This document shows positions 42,030 through 51,211 of a DNA stretch of 64,000 bases, piece by piece. Origin of the DNA: Candidatus Aenigmatarchaeota archaeon. GTDB taxonomy: Archaea > Aenigmatarchaeota > Aenigmatarchaeia > CG10238-14 > SCSR01. The stretch spans positions 10,019 through 74,018 of the forward strand of contig JAUWZS010000001.1 in the NCBI GenBank assembly GCA_030615205.1. The letters run 5' to 3'. Within the stretch, counting starts at the first letter, position 1; the number at the start of each line of letters is the position of its first letter. The notes under the pieces were generated by a model. That model searched no databases. It was not told where the DNA came from and was given only the letters and a program-made list of their open reading frames with translations. The position numbers were made by a program, and so were the translations under genes.

Positions 42030-42770
42030 ATGAGAAAAATAACACCACTATCTTCCTATGTTAAAGGATATATACTTTTTAAGAAAGGTTATGTTACTGT
42101 TGGTTCTTGCGGATTTGTAGAAGTTAAGAGTGAAAGATTTCCTGAAGGGATGCCTCATATACTAAGATTTTTTAGTGATGACCTTCTTGATTATGAGCAT
42201 ACTTGTGGCGCTACAGCAAAGAATCCTGGTCTTTTATGCAAACATACAATCGCATCTCAATTTGCAAAATTCCCAAAGTTGATAGTTCCACCACATAAAG
42301 AAGTTGTAAATGTATTTGAGCATTACCGAAAAAGTAAAATGCCTTCTTATATTTTTGATAAAGATGCAAAGCTATATGAAGTAGAGATAGACTTAACAGA
42401 TCCAGAACTTGCTGGATATCTTTGGACATGTCTATTAGCAAGGTTTATGAGCAGACGACTTCTAAGACTCAAGAAAAGTGCTGTTAAAAACACTTGTAGA
42501 AATTTAGTCAAAAATGAAAAATATCTTACAGCAAAATTGAAATATTTAATTTCTTCAGAAGATAAAGAAGATCCAATACATAGAGTTCTTTGCGAATGTA
42601 ATGGTAAAAGTTTAGGCGATATTATATTGGAAAATGAAGAAGAGGGAATAGAAAATACAAAGGCGATTATATATAGAGCATTCAAAGAAGATTTACTTCT
42701 TCCAAAAAAGTTAGGAGAAACTTACCTTAAGGCTTATCAACAATATGATGATTTGGGTTTAGTTCTTTAA
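42030..42770 (+). CDS. hypothetical protein (weak SWIM-like Cys/His patch)
   Basis: 246-aa ORF. EHTCGATAKNPGLLCKHTIA only partly fits the CxCxnCxH pattern. Confidence 0.55.
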   Translation: MRKITPLSSYVKGYILFKKGYVTVGSCGFVEVKSERFPEGMPHILRFFSDDLLDYEHTCGATAKNPGLLCKHTIASQFAKFPKLIVPPHKEVVNVFEHYRKSKMPSYIFDKDAKLYEVEIDLTDPELAGYLWTCLLARFMSRRLLRLKKSAVKNTCRNLVKNEKYLTAKLKYLISSEDKEDPIHRVLCECNGKSLGDIILENEEEGIENTKAIIYRAFKEDLLLPKKLGETYLKAYQQYDDLGLVL

Positions 42771-43024
42771 ATTTCTCCGGCATGTGCATTAACCCAATTC
42801 TTTATTGCCGATTTTGCCTCTACTGCCGTTTTTGTTTCATCAGGCAGAGTCCGTTTGATGGTTATCGGTATGATTTGATTTTTAAACTCTTCTTTCGCAA
42901 TTTCAATTGGAGAAGTCTTTTCTGTTTTTGTGAGCACTGGCGCACCAAGTGCGATCTGAAGAGATCTCGCACCAATAAGCCTCGCAACTTCAAACCTCGT
43001 GAATTCGTCATTTGGCCAAAGCAA
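42767..43024 (-). CDS. rpoK: RNA polymerase subunit K (Rpo6)
   Basis: TRFEVARLIGARSLQIALGAPVL. Confidence 0.9.
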   Translation of the reverse strand: MLWPNDEFTRFEVARLIGARSLQIALGAPVLTKTEKTSPIEIAKEEFKNQIIPITIKRTLPDETKTAVEAKSAIKNWVNAHAGEI

Positions 43025-43051
43025 TTACTCAACCTCTATCGATTTTACTTT

Positions 43052-43246
43052 TTATGTTTTGAACTGGCTTATTTCCTTCATTATATCAACGCTCGACATA
43101 AATATCTGTCTGCAACAATAACGATCCAATCCGAGATCAGTCATTACCTTTCCGGAATCTTCACCCTCTTCTACACGTCTTTTATACTCTTCTAACAAAT
43201 GACTAATAACTTTTCCGCAAGTGAAGCATCGAACAGGAATCATCAT
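43052..43246 (-). CDS. rpoN: RNA polymerase subunit N (Rpo10)
   Basis: MMIPVRCFTCGKVI...LGLDRYCCRQIF. Confidence 0.95.
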   Translation of the reverse strand: MMIPVRCFTCGKVISHLLEEYKRRVEEGEDSGKVMTDLGLDRYCCRQIFMSSVDIMKEISQFKT

Positions 43247-43325
43247 TTTATCAACATCGCATATTCATCTTAACATATTCATTCAACACTGTATTCATCT
43301 TTTTAGATTCTTCTGACTTAAATTT

Positions 43326-43805
43326 TTACCTCTTGCTCCTCTGTTTATGCCTTCGACTCCCTTTTCTGCTGCGTGATGGTTTGTGAGGCTCTGTACGCCT
43401 AGGGTCGTAAACTAAAAGGTTTCTATCAAAATCCAAAAATTTATTTTTCAAGTTTTTGTCTTTTGAAAATTCAACCAAGCCACGAGCAATTGCCAACCTA
43501 CAAGCTTCGGCCTGCGCTGATATACCACCGCCTTTTACATTTATAGTGATGTCTACATTCTTCGCGACTTGTTCTCCGATTAAAAGAGGCTCTCTCAACC
43601 ACAAACGCAATACTTCCGTAGCCCAAAGCTCCAATGGCTTTGAGTTTATTGATATTTTCCCTTTTCCAGGTTCGATTTTTGCCCTGGCAACAGCCTTTTT
43701 CCTTTTCCCAGTTGTAAAGAAGTAATTAATCTCTGCCTTTTTCTTTTTCTTCCCCCTCTTAGATTTTCCCTTTGTCTTTTTCTGTGCCTTTTTTCCCTCT
43801 GCCAT
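43326..43805 (-). CDS. rps9: ribosomal protein uS9 with a lysine-rich N-terminal extension
   Basis: GGGISAQAEACRLAIARGL and a C-terminal ...RRHKQRSKR. The start is taken at MAEGKK (43805) so that it does not overlap uL13; the track ORF starts at 43853. Confidence 0.9.
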   Translation of the reverse strand: MAEGKKAQKKTKGKSKRGKKKKKAEINYFFTTGKRKKAVARAKIEPGKGKISINSKPLELWATEVLRLWLREPLLIGEQVAKNVDITINVKGGGISAQAEACRLAIARGLVEFSKDKNLKNKFLDFDRNLLVYDPRRTEPHKPSRSRKGSRRHKQRSKR

Positions 43806-43809
43806 TATT

Positions 43810-44238
43810 TCACCATCTTTTTTTCGCACCCAATAGAACAGACAATTCGCCAAGTGTCATGCTCTTTGTTCTAAGCTTTGACGCATCAGCGACCTTTTCC
43901 TTTTCAAATTTGCCTGTGCTGTTTTTTAACTCAGTCGGTATTCCTATATACACACGCAGACTCTTGTAAGCCTTCCTGCCGCATGCTTTCTTCCATGGCA
44001 GCATACCACGAACAGCACGCCTGAACATACCATCAGGTGTACGAGGAAAGAACGGACCTTTTATAGGGTCCCCGCGTTTTACACGGATTTGATAATGCGA
44101 AACAGTCGCTCTCTTGCTACCGGAAAGAACAGCCTTTTCAGCATTTACAACCAGAACCCTCTTGCCATTGAGCAGCTTTTTTGCAATTACCGAACTCAGA
44201 CGACCGAGAATTTGTCCCTCTGCATCATAAATTATCAT
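43810..44238 (-). CDS. rpl13: ribosomal protein uL13
   Basis: MIIYDAEGQILGRLSSVIAKKLLNGKRVLVVNAEKAVLSG. Confidence 0.95.
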   Translation of the reverse strand: MIIYDAEGQILGRLSSVIAKKLLNGKRVLVVNAEKAVLSGSKRATVSHYQIRVKRGDPIKGPFFPRTPDGMFRRAVRGMLPWKKACGRKAYKSLRVYIGIPTELKNSTGKFEKEKVADASKLRTKSMTLGELSVLLGAKKRW

Positions 44239-44247
44239 ATATTACAC

Positions 44248-44604
44248 CTATCCTACCATAATTCTTATTTTTGACCCCTTAGGATTCTTTTTAAAAAGCT
44301 CTTCGATTGTCATTGTGGAGCCCTTCGATTTTTTTATTTTCTCTACTGCTGTTGAACTAAAGCGCCATGCAGCAATAGTTACTGGCTTGTTGATTTCGCC
44401 GCCTGCAAGAACGATTCCAGGCACTACAATCGTCTCTCCACCTTTTGCATGCCTGTTTATCAACGAAACATTCACTTCTATCTTTTTCCTGCGCGCACTG
44501 CCGAGCTTTTTTGCAACATCTTTCCATGCTGCCGATTTTGTCTTTTGGAGTCTATTTATCAGCGTGCGCATATGTACATTCGTCGGACCTGTTCGTTTTA
44601 CCAT
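44248..44604 (-). CDS. rpl18e: ribosomal protein eL18 (L18e)
   Basis: TGPTNVHMRTLINRL...VVPGIVLAGGEINKPVTIAAWRFS. The gene order is the conserved L18e-L13-S9-RpoN-RpoK. Confidence 0.9.
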   Translation of the reverse strand: MVKRTGPTNVHMRTLINRLQKTKSAAWKDVAKKLGSARRKKIEVNVSLINRHAKGGETIVVPGIVLAGGEINKPVTIAAWRFSSTAVEKIKKSKGSTMTIEELFKKNPKGSKIRIMVG

Positions 44605-44782
44605 GGTTACACCCTAAGTTCTTCAAATCGATATTAAGAATTTTAATTATTAATCTTAATATAAATCTTTAACATCTCTTTAACATAAAACTTCGGAAGT
44701 TAAACTTAAAAATTATAGGTAATGGTTATCCAACAAGGAGAATTCTTCAAGGAAATTTATATTTCACGTAAAATTATTTAGA

Positions 44783-44796
44783 TTTGAAAGTCTAAT
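44783..44796. repeat. left arm of a perfect 14-bp inverted repeat bracketing 44835..45890
   Basis: tttgaaagtctaat, with its reverse complement attagactttcaaa at 45895-45908. Confidence 0.8.
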
Positions 44797-44834
44797 TGTG
44801 GAAAGATTTAAGAATTTAACTCTTTATTGTCTTA

Positions 44835-45890
44835 TTGATTAGAATGACAACGCCATTAGGATTATGCAAAGGGGTTACAAAATACATCTACAATAAAGTA
44901 TTTGAATTAAGAGCGAAGAGAGTTGTAGAAAGACGAGGGCCCAATCATCCTATTTATGATCATGAGATGGATGCAGAGAATGCTGGTCTTCATTTTCTAT
45001 TAAAAGAGAGTGAAAGACATCCTGATTTAAAAATGGCCCTTGGTTTTGAATTAAGGCCTAAATGGTATTGTATTCAAAATGGGTTGAAAGAAGAAGGAGA
45101 TATAGAGTTTGTTAAAGAATTTAATCCTGACATATGTCTTTTATCCGATCCTATAGATGGAAGTAAGGCAGATGTTCCCGCCTATGAAAGTAGATTTGGT
45201 AAACCAATAATTGATGGAGGATTATATGAAGTCTTTAGTACTGTGATAGGATTTTTTGTTGATAAACCAACACTTAAAGAGGCAGAGTGTTGTGCAATTC
45301 AAAGATGGGACGGTAAACAATATTTTGCTAATAAACATGAGGCATTGGTAGGATATGAGGGAGAGGAAGCGGTGGTAAAGGCAAAACCATTAGATGAGAT
45401 AAATTTAAGAACAAAACTATATACAGCTGCGCATTATGCTCATGCTGCACCCATAGCTTATTTCGCTGTTGAAACTATTAGAGAAGAGTTACAAATTCCA
45501 GAAAAACAAAGTCCGGGAGTAAGGTCGACTGGTTCTACAACTTATGAAATGCTTCAACCTACGATGACAAAGAGTATAGCTTTTGATATAAGAGATGAAG
45601 TTAAAAGAGTTTTGGAAAAATACGGGCGAAAGATGGAAAGAGGAGCATATACACACGATTTTGCACCACCTGGATTTTTTGCTAAAAGAGCTGACGTAAT
45701 AACCCTAAACTTGGATGGTACAGAACTTGATTGTAATTTACTTGAGTACAAAACAGGATCTTATTTTGTATCTCCCCAAGGAGGAGCAGGAAATAAAATA
45801 TTAAAAATTTTACAGAATAAGGTTCTTCCGAAAATACCAGAAAAAGCAGAAGAGTGGATTGACTGGTATCCAGTATCTTCAGAAAATTAA
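44835..45890 (+). CDS. divergent FBPase/IMPase-superfamily-like protein
   Basis: E..D..(n)..LLSDPIDGSKA fits the DP(I/L)DG(S/T) metal-binding motif, and a late THDFAPPG may replace the WD..A motif. The track start is TTG at 44835, and an ATG at 44844 is an alternative. Confidence 0.5.
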   Translation: MIRMTTPLGLCKGVTKYIYNKVFELRAKRVVERRGPNHPIYDHEMDAENAGLHFLLKESERHPDLKMALGFELRPKWYCIQNGLKEEGDIEFVKEFNPDICLLSDPIDGSKADVPAYESRFGKPIIDGGLYEVFSTVIGFFVDKPTLKEAECCAIQRWDGKQYFANKHEALVGYEGEEAVVKAKPLDEINLRTKLYTAAHYAHAAPIAYFAVETIREELQIPEKQSPGVRSTGSTTYEMLQPTMTKSIAFDIRDEVKRVLEKYGRKMERGAYTHDFAPPGFFAKRADVITLNLDGTELDCNLLEYKTGSYFVSPQGGAGNKILKILQNKVLPKIPEKAEEWIDWYPVSSEN

Positions 45891-45894
45891 TAAG

Positions 45895-45908
45895 ATTAGA
45901 CTTTCAAA
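45895..45908. repeat. right arm of the 14-bp inverted repeat
   Basis: attagactttcaaa begins 5 nt after the stop codon of 44835..45890. Confidence 0.8.
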
Positions 45909-46019
45909 ATAAAAAACTTTGGGCTCGAACAAGAAGATTTTTTTCAAGGAAATCCACATATCAAGAAGAATATCTTAGAAGCACTTGTTGGTTAAAAATT
46001 ATCAGATTTTAATTTCGAG

Positions 46020-46112
46020 TGCGGCTGGCGGGATTTGAACCCGCGTTGCGAGCTTTCTCCGCTTTTGCTCAGCATGGGAAGCTCGAGTCTTACCAGACTG
46101 GACCACAACCGC
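46020..46112 (-). tRNA. tRNA-Gly (CCC) with a canonical-position intron of about 20 nt
   Basis: Acceptor GCGGTTG/CAGCCGC, A73, and anticodon stem CGAGC/GCTCG. The loop is TTCCCA, then the intron tgctgagcaaaagcggagaa, then A. Confidence 0.85.
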
Positions 46113-46232
46113 TTTAATGCTCGGCAATAAATATTAAAATTTCTTCTATACTTAAAAGTAAAAAAAAAGAAGGAAAAGATTTCTATCTGTTGGTTGTTTG
46201 TATTATTTTGTATTACTGTAGATTACGTTAGG

Positions 46233-46871
46233 TTACTTTAGAATTTGTTTTAATTTTTTCTTTGCAATTACTGCAATTACGTCTTTTAGTCCAAGCCCTA
46301 TTGCTATTGCAAGGCCAATACCGATTGAACCAACTATTACTAGCAGTAAGTTGTTGATTAGTGTTGCATCGATTCCAACTAGTGGTAGTGCAAGCGCAAA
46401 TGCTATGTATATTACCAGCCAGAATAGAATCTTACCCATTATGGCTGAGTATATTATTTTGCTCTTTTCAATTTGTTTCTGCACATATCCGGCGATGACA
46501 TAACCAACTATTACTAGGATTACTGCTCCTAATAAACCGGGTATGAAATTGAGTATCATACCAACGAAGTCGATTAACGCTTGGACTCCCAATGCTTCAA
46601 CTGAAGCTTTTATGAAGACTAGATATATGACCCACTCGAATATTACTGGAAATATATCACTGAGTCTTAGCATAGATCCTCTTTTTGATATATACTGGTC
46701 TATTTTGAATCTGAGCATTAGCTCTTTCACTATCCTGCCTACTAATGATCCTATTCCCCAACCTATTGCCAGCAGTATCACAGCTGCAACAATTTTCGGG
46801 AAGAATAGTATTACTGAATTTAAGAACATCTCCAAAGGTTGTGTCAATGGTTCTATTACTTCCCAAGCCAT
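46233..46871 (-). CDS. polytopic membrane protein (conserved-TM-helix repeat type)
   Basis: 212 aa with five to six TM segments. The N-terminal pattern resembles TM_helix repeat proteins associated with mechanosensitive channels (weak). Confidence 0.6.
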   Translation of the reverse strand: MAWEVIEPLTQPLEMFLNSVILFFPKIVAAVILLAIGWGIGSLVGRIVKELMLRFKIDQYISKRGSMLRLSDIFPVIFEWVIYLVFIKASVEALGVQALIDFVGMILNFIPGLLGAVILVIVGYVIAGYVQKQIEKSKIIYSAIMGKILFWLVIYIAFALALPLVGIDATLINNLLLVIVGSIGIGLAIAIGLGLKDVIAVIAKKKLKQILK

Positions 46872-46988
46872 TTTATTACCTAAATTAAATTAGGTTCTTG
46901 GTATTAAAAGTAATTGCGAGCTACGAGTAACGCTCATCTGATCTTCAAGAAGTTTTAAAAATTCTTAAGATTTCTACAAAAATTTGAA

Positions 46989-47071
46989 CGCCGAGGCTGG
47001 GATTTGAACCCAGATGTCCAAAGGACGCTGGTTTTCGAGACCAGTGCACTACCTGGTTATGCGACCTCGGC
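46989..47071 (-). tRNA. tRNA-Ser (CGA)
   Basis: Class II tRNA with a long variable arm (CGTCCTTTGGACAT), loop CTCGAAA and G73. Confidence 0.9.
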
Positions 47072-47089
47072 ATTTATTGATATTAGGTG

Positions 47090-47503
47090 TTATTTCTTCT
47101 TTTTTCGCGGTTTTTTCTTGTCACGCTTAATTTTATGTGTGAGGTTTATTAATAAATCTGTTCCTGCGACGACTAGAGCCGGTTGCATGCCGAGTGAGAA
47201 AAATGCTGTAGCAAAAACTGCAGTAGGCTTTACAATGAGCCGATAAGGCCTGTCCACCTCGATTATTATAATCAGCAGCTCAGATATGAAAAGCAGAAGA
47301 AGCATCCACGAGAACATGCCAAACGCGTCACCAAAAACCGGAAAGAAAAAGTTAAGTACAAACACACCAAGCTTTGCCATCATCCCCATCATATCAAAGC
47401 CAAGTATGAAAAGGGCTATGCGAACCAGCATATCAAGCGCGAAAGGATTAAACCAAGCGATTAGTGCAATTATCAGTCCAGCAATTGTCAGCAAAACCTT
47501 CAT
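47090..47503 (-). CDS. membrane protein with a K-rich C-terminal tail
   Basis: 137 aa with four TM segments, ending KIKRDKKKPRKKKK. Confidence 0.6.
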   Translation of the reverse strand: MKVLLTIAGLIIALIAWFNPFALDMLVRIALFILGFDMMGMMAKLGVFVLNFFFPVFGDAFGMFSWMLLLLFISELLIIIIEVDRPYRLIVKPTAVFATAFFSLGMQPALVVAGTDLLINLTHKIKRDKKKPRKKKK

Positions 47504-47818
47504 TCAAATCAGCCACAACAGAGCTAAAATAGCAACAACTATAACTAATGCTATGCCAATGGCCAAAAGGGTCCTTGAACTTTTAAAAATGAATTTTGTT
47601 ATTAAAATAAAAACAATCGCGCCGATTACGATGGCTAGAATAAATCCGAATATTCCGAGCGTTGAGAAAAACATAAGCGAAAGTACAAGTTCGCCAAGCT
47701 TCCCAATAATAAAAAATATTGTTTGTAAAACTCCGTTGATTATCCCGTATAAGAGTTCTGCGATTAGTATAAGCGGTGATTTCATTTTTTCCACCAGTAT
47801 TAGATTTTCACTTATCAA
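47504..47818 (-). CDS. small membrane protein
   Basis: 104 aa with three TM segments. It abuts the downstream membrane-protein gene. Confidence 0.55.
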   Translation of the reverse strand: MISENLILVEKMKSPLILIAELLYGIINGVLQTIFFIIGKLGELVLSLMFFSTLGIFGFILAIVIGAIVFILITKFIFKSSRTLLAIGIALVIVVAILALLWLI

Positions 47819-48500
47819 TTAATTTCGCGTTTTCACAAATAAGATAACCGCTTGCCGTGTTCTCATCCCAGATTTTTTTTATGTTGCCTAGCTCTATGCG
47901 TTTGTTAAAGAATGGCGCATCGGCCACAAAAGTTTCTGCTTCACCGCCTTCAAATATTATATTTATCCCATATTTTTCATGCAAGTCTTTTAAATCTTCG
48001 ATACATTTTTCATCAATCTTTCTTCCAAGCCAGCTTTCGTCCATGCCAGCAGTTGCAACCCCAGTAATAATGATTTCAAACCCCGCGTCAATCTCTTCTC
48101 TTAGTAGCCTCTCTTCGTTTTTGTGCCATAATGGCGTGATGCTCTTCACTCCAAGCTCTTTACACACAGCATCAATTCTATCTTTTTGGTACCGGCTTAA
48201 AACAGCTCCGGATATAACAGCATCAATCTCGCCTATAATCGGTTTTATCGCTGCGATCAAATCTTCAAGTTCTTTCTCCTTTTCGCCACTCGTTTTTTTC
48301 GTGATTTGTTTTATTCCTATTGCTTTTGCTTGAAGCTTTGTCAATTCGATGCATGGGTGGTGAAACATCCAAGAATCTTTTCTTTCTGGTATAATTGTGA
48401 CTAAGTATTTCACTTCCCAACCTTGTTCAAGTACCACGTGTGTTGCAAAGGTGGAATCTTTTCCTCCGCTGAATAAAACGGCAACTTGCATATCAATCAT
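47808..48500 (-). CDS. dph6: diphthine--ammonia ligase / MJ0570-type ATP pyrophosphatase (diphthamide synthase)
   Basis: VAVLFSGGKDSTFA (PP-loop), followed by WMFHHP. Confidence 0.8.
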   Translation of the reverse strand: MIDMQVAVLFSGGKDSTFATHVVLEQGWEVKYLVTIIPERKDSWMFHHPCIELTKLQAKAIGIKQITKKTSGEKEKELEDLIAAIKPIIGEIDAVISGAVLSRYQKDRIDAVCKELGVKSITPLWHKNEERLLREEIDAGFEIIITGVATAGMDESWLGRKIDEKCIEDLKDLHEKYGINIIFEGGEAETFVADAPFFNKRIELGNIKKIWDENTASGYLICENAKLIDK

Positions 48501-48529
48501 TTAATAATTTAAAATCGTAAAATTTAACT

Positions 48530-48943
48530 ATGGTTGTATTTCAAGACAAGTTCGAGATATCGACTTCGAAAAGAACAGAATTAGTAGATGTGACAAATAA
48601 AGTTGAGAGCATTGTTGGCAAAAGCAAAATAAAAAATGGTATCTGTGTCGTATTCGTGCCACATGCAACAGCTGCTGTGATGCTAAATGAGAATGAGCGA
48701 GGTTTGGTCAGCGATATTATAAATAAAGTCGAAAAAGAGTTCCCAGCAGGCGCAGGCTACAGGCATGACAGAATAGACGACAATGCAGATTCGCATCTCG
48801 CTAGCGCTTTTATCGGCCAATCTAAAACACTGCCCGTGAATAATGGTCAATTGATACGTGGTACGTGGCAGCAGATATTTGTACTTGAAGTGGATGGACC
48901 GAGAAGTAGTAGAAATGTTGTCGTAACTGTGATCGGCGAATGA
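48530..48943 (+). CDS. YjbQ/UPF0047-family protein
   Basis: VDVTNKVESIV...GICVVFVPHATAAVMLNENE...DSHL fits the pattern of the family. Confidence 0.8.
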   Translation: MVVFQDKFEISTSKRTELVDVTNKVESIVGKSKIKNGICVVFVPHATAAVMLNENERGLVSDIINKVEKEFPAGAGYRHDRIDDNADSHLASAFIGQSKTLPVNNGQLIRGTWQQIFVLEVDGPRSSRNVVVTVIGE

Positions 48944-48976
48944 GTTTTAAATTGTAAAAAACTAATTCTGTGTTGT

Positions 48977-50533
48977 ATGGATAGGCATAAAGCAAGGTAT
49001 GAAATAACTACGCCGTTTGAATCGCGCGAGTACCAGACTACGATTGCGCAAAAGGCTGTAGAGAGGAACACGCTGGTAGTGCTGCCGACAGGCATGGGCA
49101 AGACTTTGATTGCTGTGCTTGTGGGAATAGAACGATTGAACAAGTATCCGAGCGATAAAATAATGATAATGGCGCCGACACGGCCGCTCAACGCTCAGCA
49201 CACTAAAAGTTTTGAAAAATTTACAACAGTGCCTAAAGAGGACATCGCATTAATTACTGGAAAATACCTGCCAGCAAAGCGTGAGCAGATGTACAAAGAC
49301 GCTACCATAATCGCTGCCACACCACAATGCATACGAAACGATTTGAAGAACGGTCGGCTTGATTTGGCTGATTTCTCATTCATAATTTTCGATGAAGCGC
49401 ACCGTGCTGTAAAAGGATATGCATATACATACATTGCAAAAAAGTACATGTTGCAAGCTGAGCATCCGCTTATTCTCGGTTTGACCGCATCGCCTGGCAG
49501 CTCGCGAGCGAAAATAAACGAAATCACTGAGAATCTGTTCATAAAAGCTGCTGAAATACGGAGTGAAACGGATGGCGACGTGCAACCGTATGTGCAGGAT
49601 ATAGAACGTGAATGGGTTTATGTTGATTTTCCGGAAAAATATAAAAAAATAAAATCTCTTTTAGAAGAGTGCTTGAAAGACGATGTACATTGGTTGAAAG
49701 AGAAGCATTACATATTTACGTACAAGCCCAGCAAGAAAATGCTTTTAGACCTGCAACGCAGAGTTGGCTCCAGATATTCAAAAGGGTCGAAGCACTTTGG
49801 TACAATGTGGGCAATGATACGTTCGGCCGAGGCAATCAAGCTGGAGCACGCAATCGAGCTGCTTGAGACACAGGGTATTCCATTTCTGCACGACTACTTT
49901 GAAAAGATAAAGTCGAGCAAAAAACGCACGGACCGGAGACTGATAAAAAACAGGCGAATAGAAGAAGCGATGAAAACAATTGACAAACTTTACAAATCCG
50001 GCGAAGAGCACCCAAAAATGAAAAAAATGCGAACGCTTGTGAAAACCTTAGCAAAACCAGACATAAAAATAATCGTGTTCGCAAATTATCGTGCAACTGT
50101 TGAAAAAATAAAAAATATGCTTAAAGCTGAAGGGATATCTGCGCATGAATTTATCGGACAGACAACAAAAAACGGCAAAGGGATGAAGCAGGAAGAGCAG
50201 ATTGATGTGCTCAACCGCTTCCGCAATGGCGAGTTCAGTGCTCTGGTTGCAACATGCGTGGGCGAGGAAGGTCTAGATGTTCCAGCAGTTGATTATGCGA
50301 TTTTTTACGAGCCTGTACCAAGCGAGATACGTAGCATACAAAGACGCGGACGGGTCGGTAGGCAGATTGCAGGTAAAGTTATTTTTCTGATAACAAAAGA
50401 AACGCGCGACGAAGCGTACTACTGGTCTGCTTTGCATAAAGAAAAGAGAATGAAGAAAATCTTACGTGGTTTGCAAGATGGTAAAAAACTCAATAAGAAA
50501 AAATCTTTATTGGACTGGACGATGGAAAAATAA
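48977..50533 (+). CDS. hef: Hef/FANCM-type SF2 helicase (the helicase half only)
   Basis: REYQ, LPTGMGKT (motif I), FDEAHRAV (motif II), TASPG (motif III), and QRRGRVGR (motif VI). Confidence 0.9.
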   Translation: MDRHKARYEITTPFESREYQTTIAQKAVERNTLVVLPTGMGKTLIAVLVGIERLNKYPSDKIMIMAPTRPLNAQHTKSFEKFTTVPKEDIALITGKYLPAKREQMYKDATIIAATPQCIRNDLKNGRLDLADFSFIIFDEAHRAVKGYAYTYIAKKYMLQAEHPLILGLTASPGSSRAKINEITENLFIKAAEIRSETDGDVQPYVQDIEREWVYVDFPEKYKKIKSLLEECLKDDVHWLKEKHYIFTYKPSKKMLLDLQRRVGSRYSKGSKHFGTMWAMIRSAEAIKLEHAIELLETQGIPFLHDYFEKIKSSKKRTDRRLIKNRRIEEAMKTIDKLYKSGEEHPKMKKMRTLVKTLAKPDIKIIVFANYRATVEKIKNMLKAEGISAHEFIGQTTKNGKGMKQEEQIDVLNRFRNGEFSALVATCVGEEGLDVPAVDYAIFYEPVPSEIRSIQRRGRVGRQIAGKVIFLITKETRDEAYYWSALHKEKRMKKILRGLQDGKKLNKKKSLLDWTMEK

Positions 50534-50557
50534 GTAGAAAAAAAAGTGGTATCTTAA

Positions 50558-51211
50558 ATGCAATCTCAGAAAATTTTCAAGCTTAAAGGAAAAGCTGTTG
50601 TAGTATGCGACTATAGAGAGAAAGAAGTTGCTAGCTTTCTAAAACTTTTCGGTGCGCATGTCAACAAAACTTCGCTGAGCATCGGTGATTTTGTTTGTTC
50701 TGACCGCGTTGTTGTTGAACGCAAAGAACATGGAGATTTTATCTCTTCTATAATCGACGGCCGTATTTTCGAGCAAGCAAATAGTATGAAGGAGGAATTC
50801 GGAAAACCTATTTTTATTATAGAGGGTAATTCAAATCGCAGCATAAGCATAAACGCACTCAAAGCAGCTATTGCAACGCTTGCAACGAATTTTGATGCAT
50901 CTGTAATCTCAACAAAAAATCAAAAAGACACAGCACTCACAGTTTTCTGGATTGCAAAAAAAGAGCAACAAGGAGCCGGCCGCGGAATTTCGATAAAAGT
51001 TGGAAAAAAATCTAAAGACGAACGCAAGCTACAAGAACAAATCGTATGCGGCCTACCAGGTGTGAGCACTATAATTTGTAAGCGCTTGCTTGAGCATTTT
51101 GGCAGCGTAGAGGGAGCTTTTGCAGCAAGTGAGAAAGAGCTGCGAGATGTTAAGGGTGTTGGGAAAAAACTCGCCAAGCGCATCAGAAAAATTTTGGAGA
51201 AGAGGTATTAG
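50558..51211 (+). CDS. ERCC4/XPF-type nuclease with a C-terminal (HhH)2 (the nuclease half of Hef)
   Basis: VVCDYREK, GDFV...VVERKEHGDF (the GDxnERKxxxD motif), and LPGVS...VKGVGKKLAKRI. Confidence 0.9.
   Translation: MQSQKIFKLKGKAVVVCDYREKEVASFLKLFGAHVNKTSLSIGDFVCSDRVVVERKEHGDFISSIIDGRIFEQANSMKEEFGKPIFIIEGNSNRSISINALKAAIATLATNFDASVISTKNQKDTALTVFWIAKKEQQGAGRGISIKVGKKSKDERKLQEQIVCGLPGVSTIICKRLLEHFGSVEGAFAASEKELRDVKGVGKKLAKRIRKILEKRY

Noticed and set aside
50531-50557. Stop-codon readthrough or recoding joining the Hef helicase and nuclease
   Set aside because: The frames match, but two TAA codons, no recoding signal and a good ATG for the nuclease gene make simple gene fission the more economical reading.
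51120-51211. Programmed frameshift from the Hef nuclease gene into the DUF460 gene
   Set aside because: The DUF460 frame overlaps the end of the nuclease gene only because no closer canonical start exists. There is no slippery heptamer, so an overlapping start or a non-canonical initiation codon is more likely.
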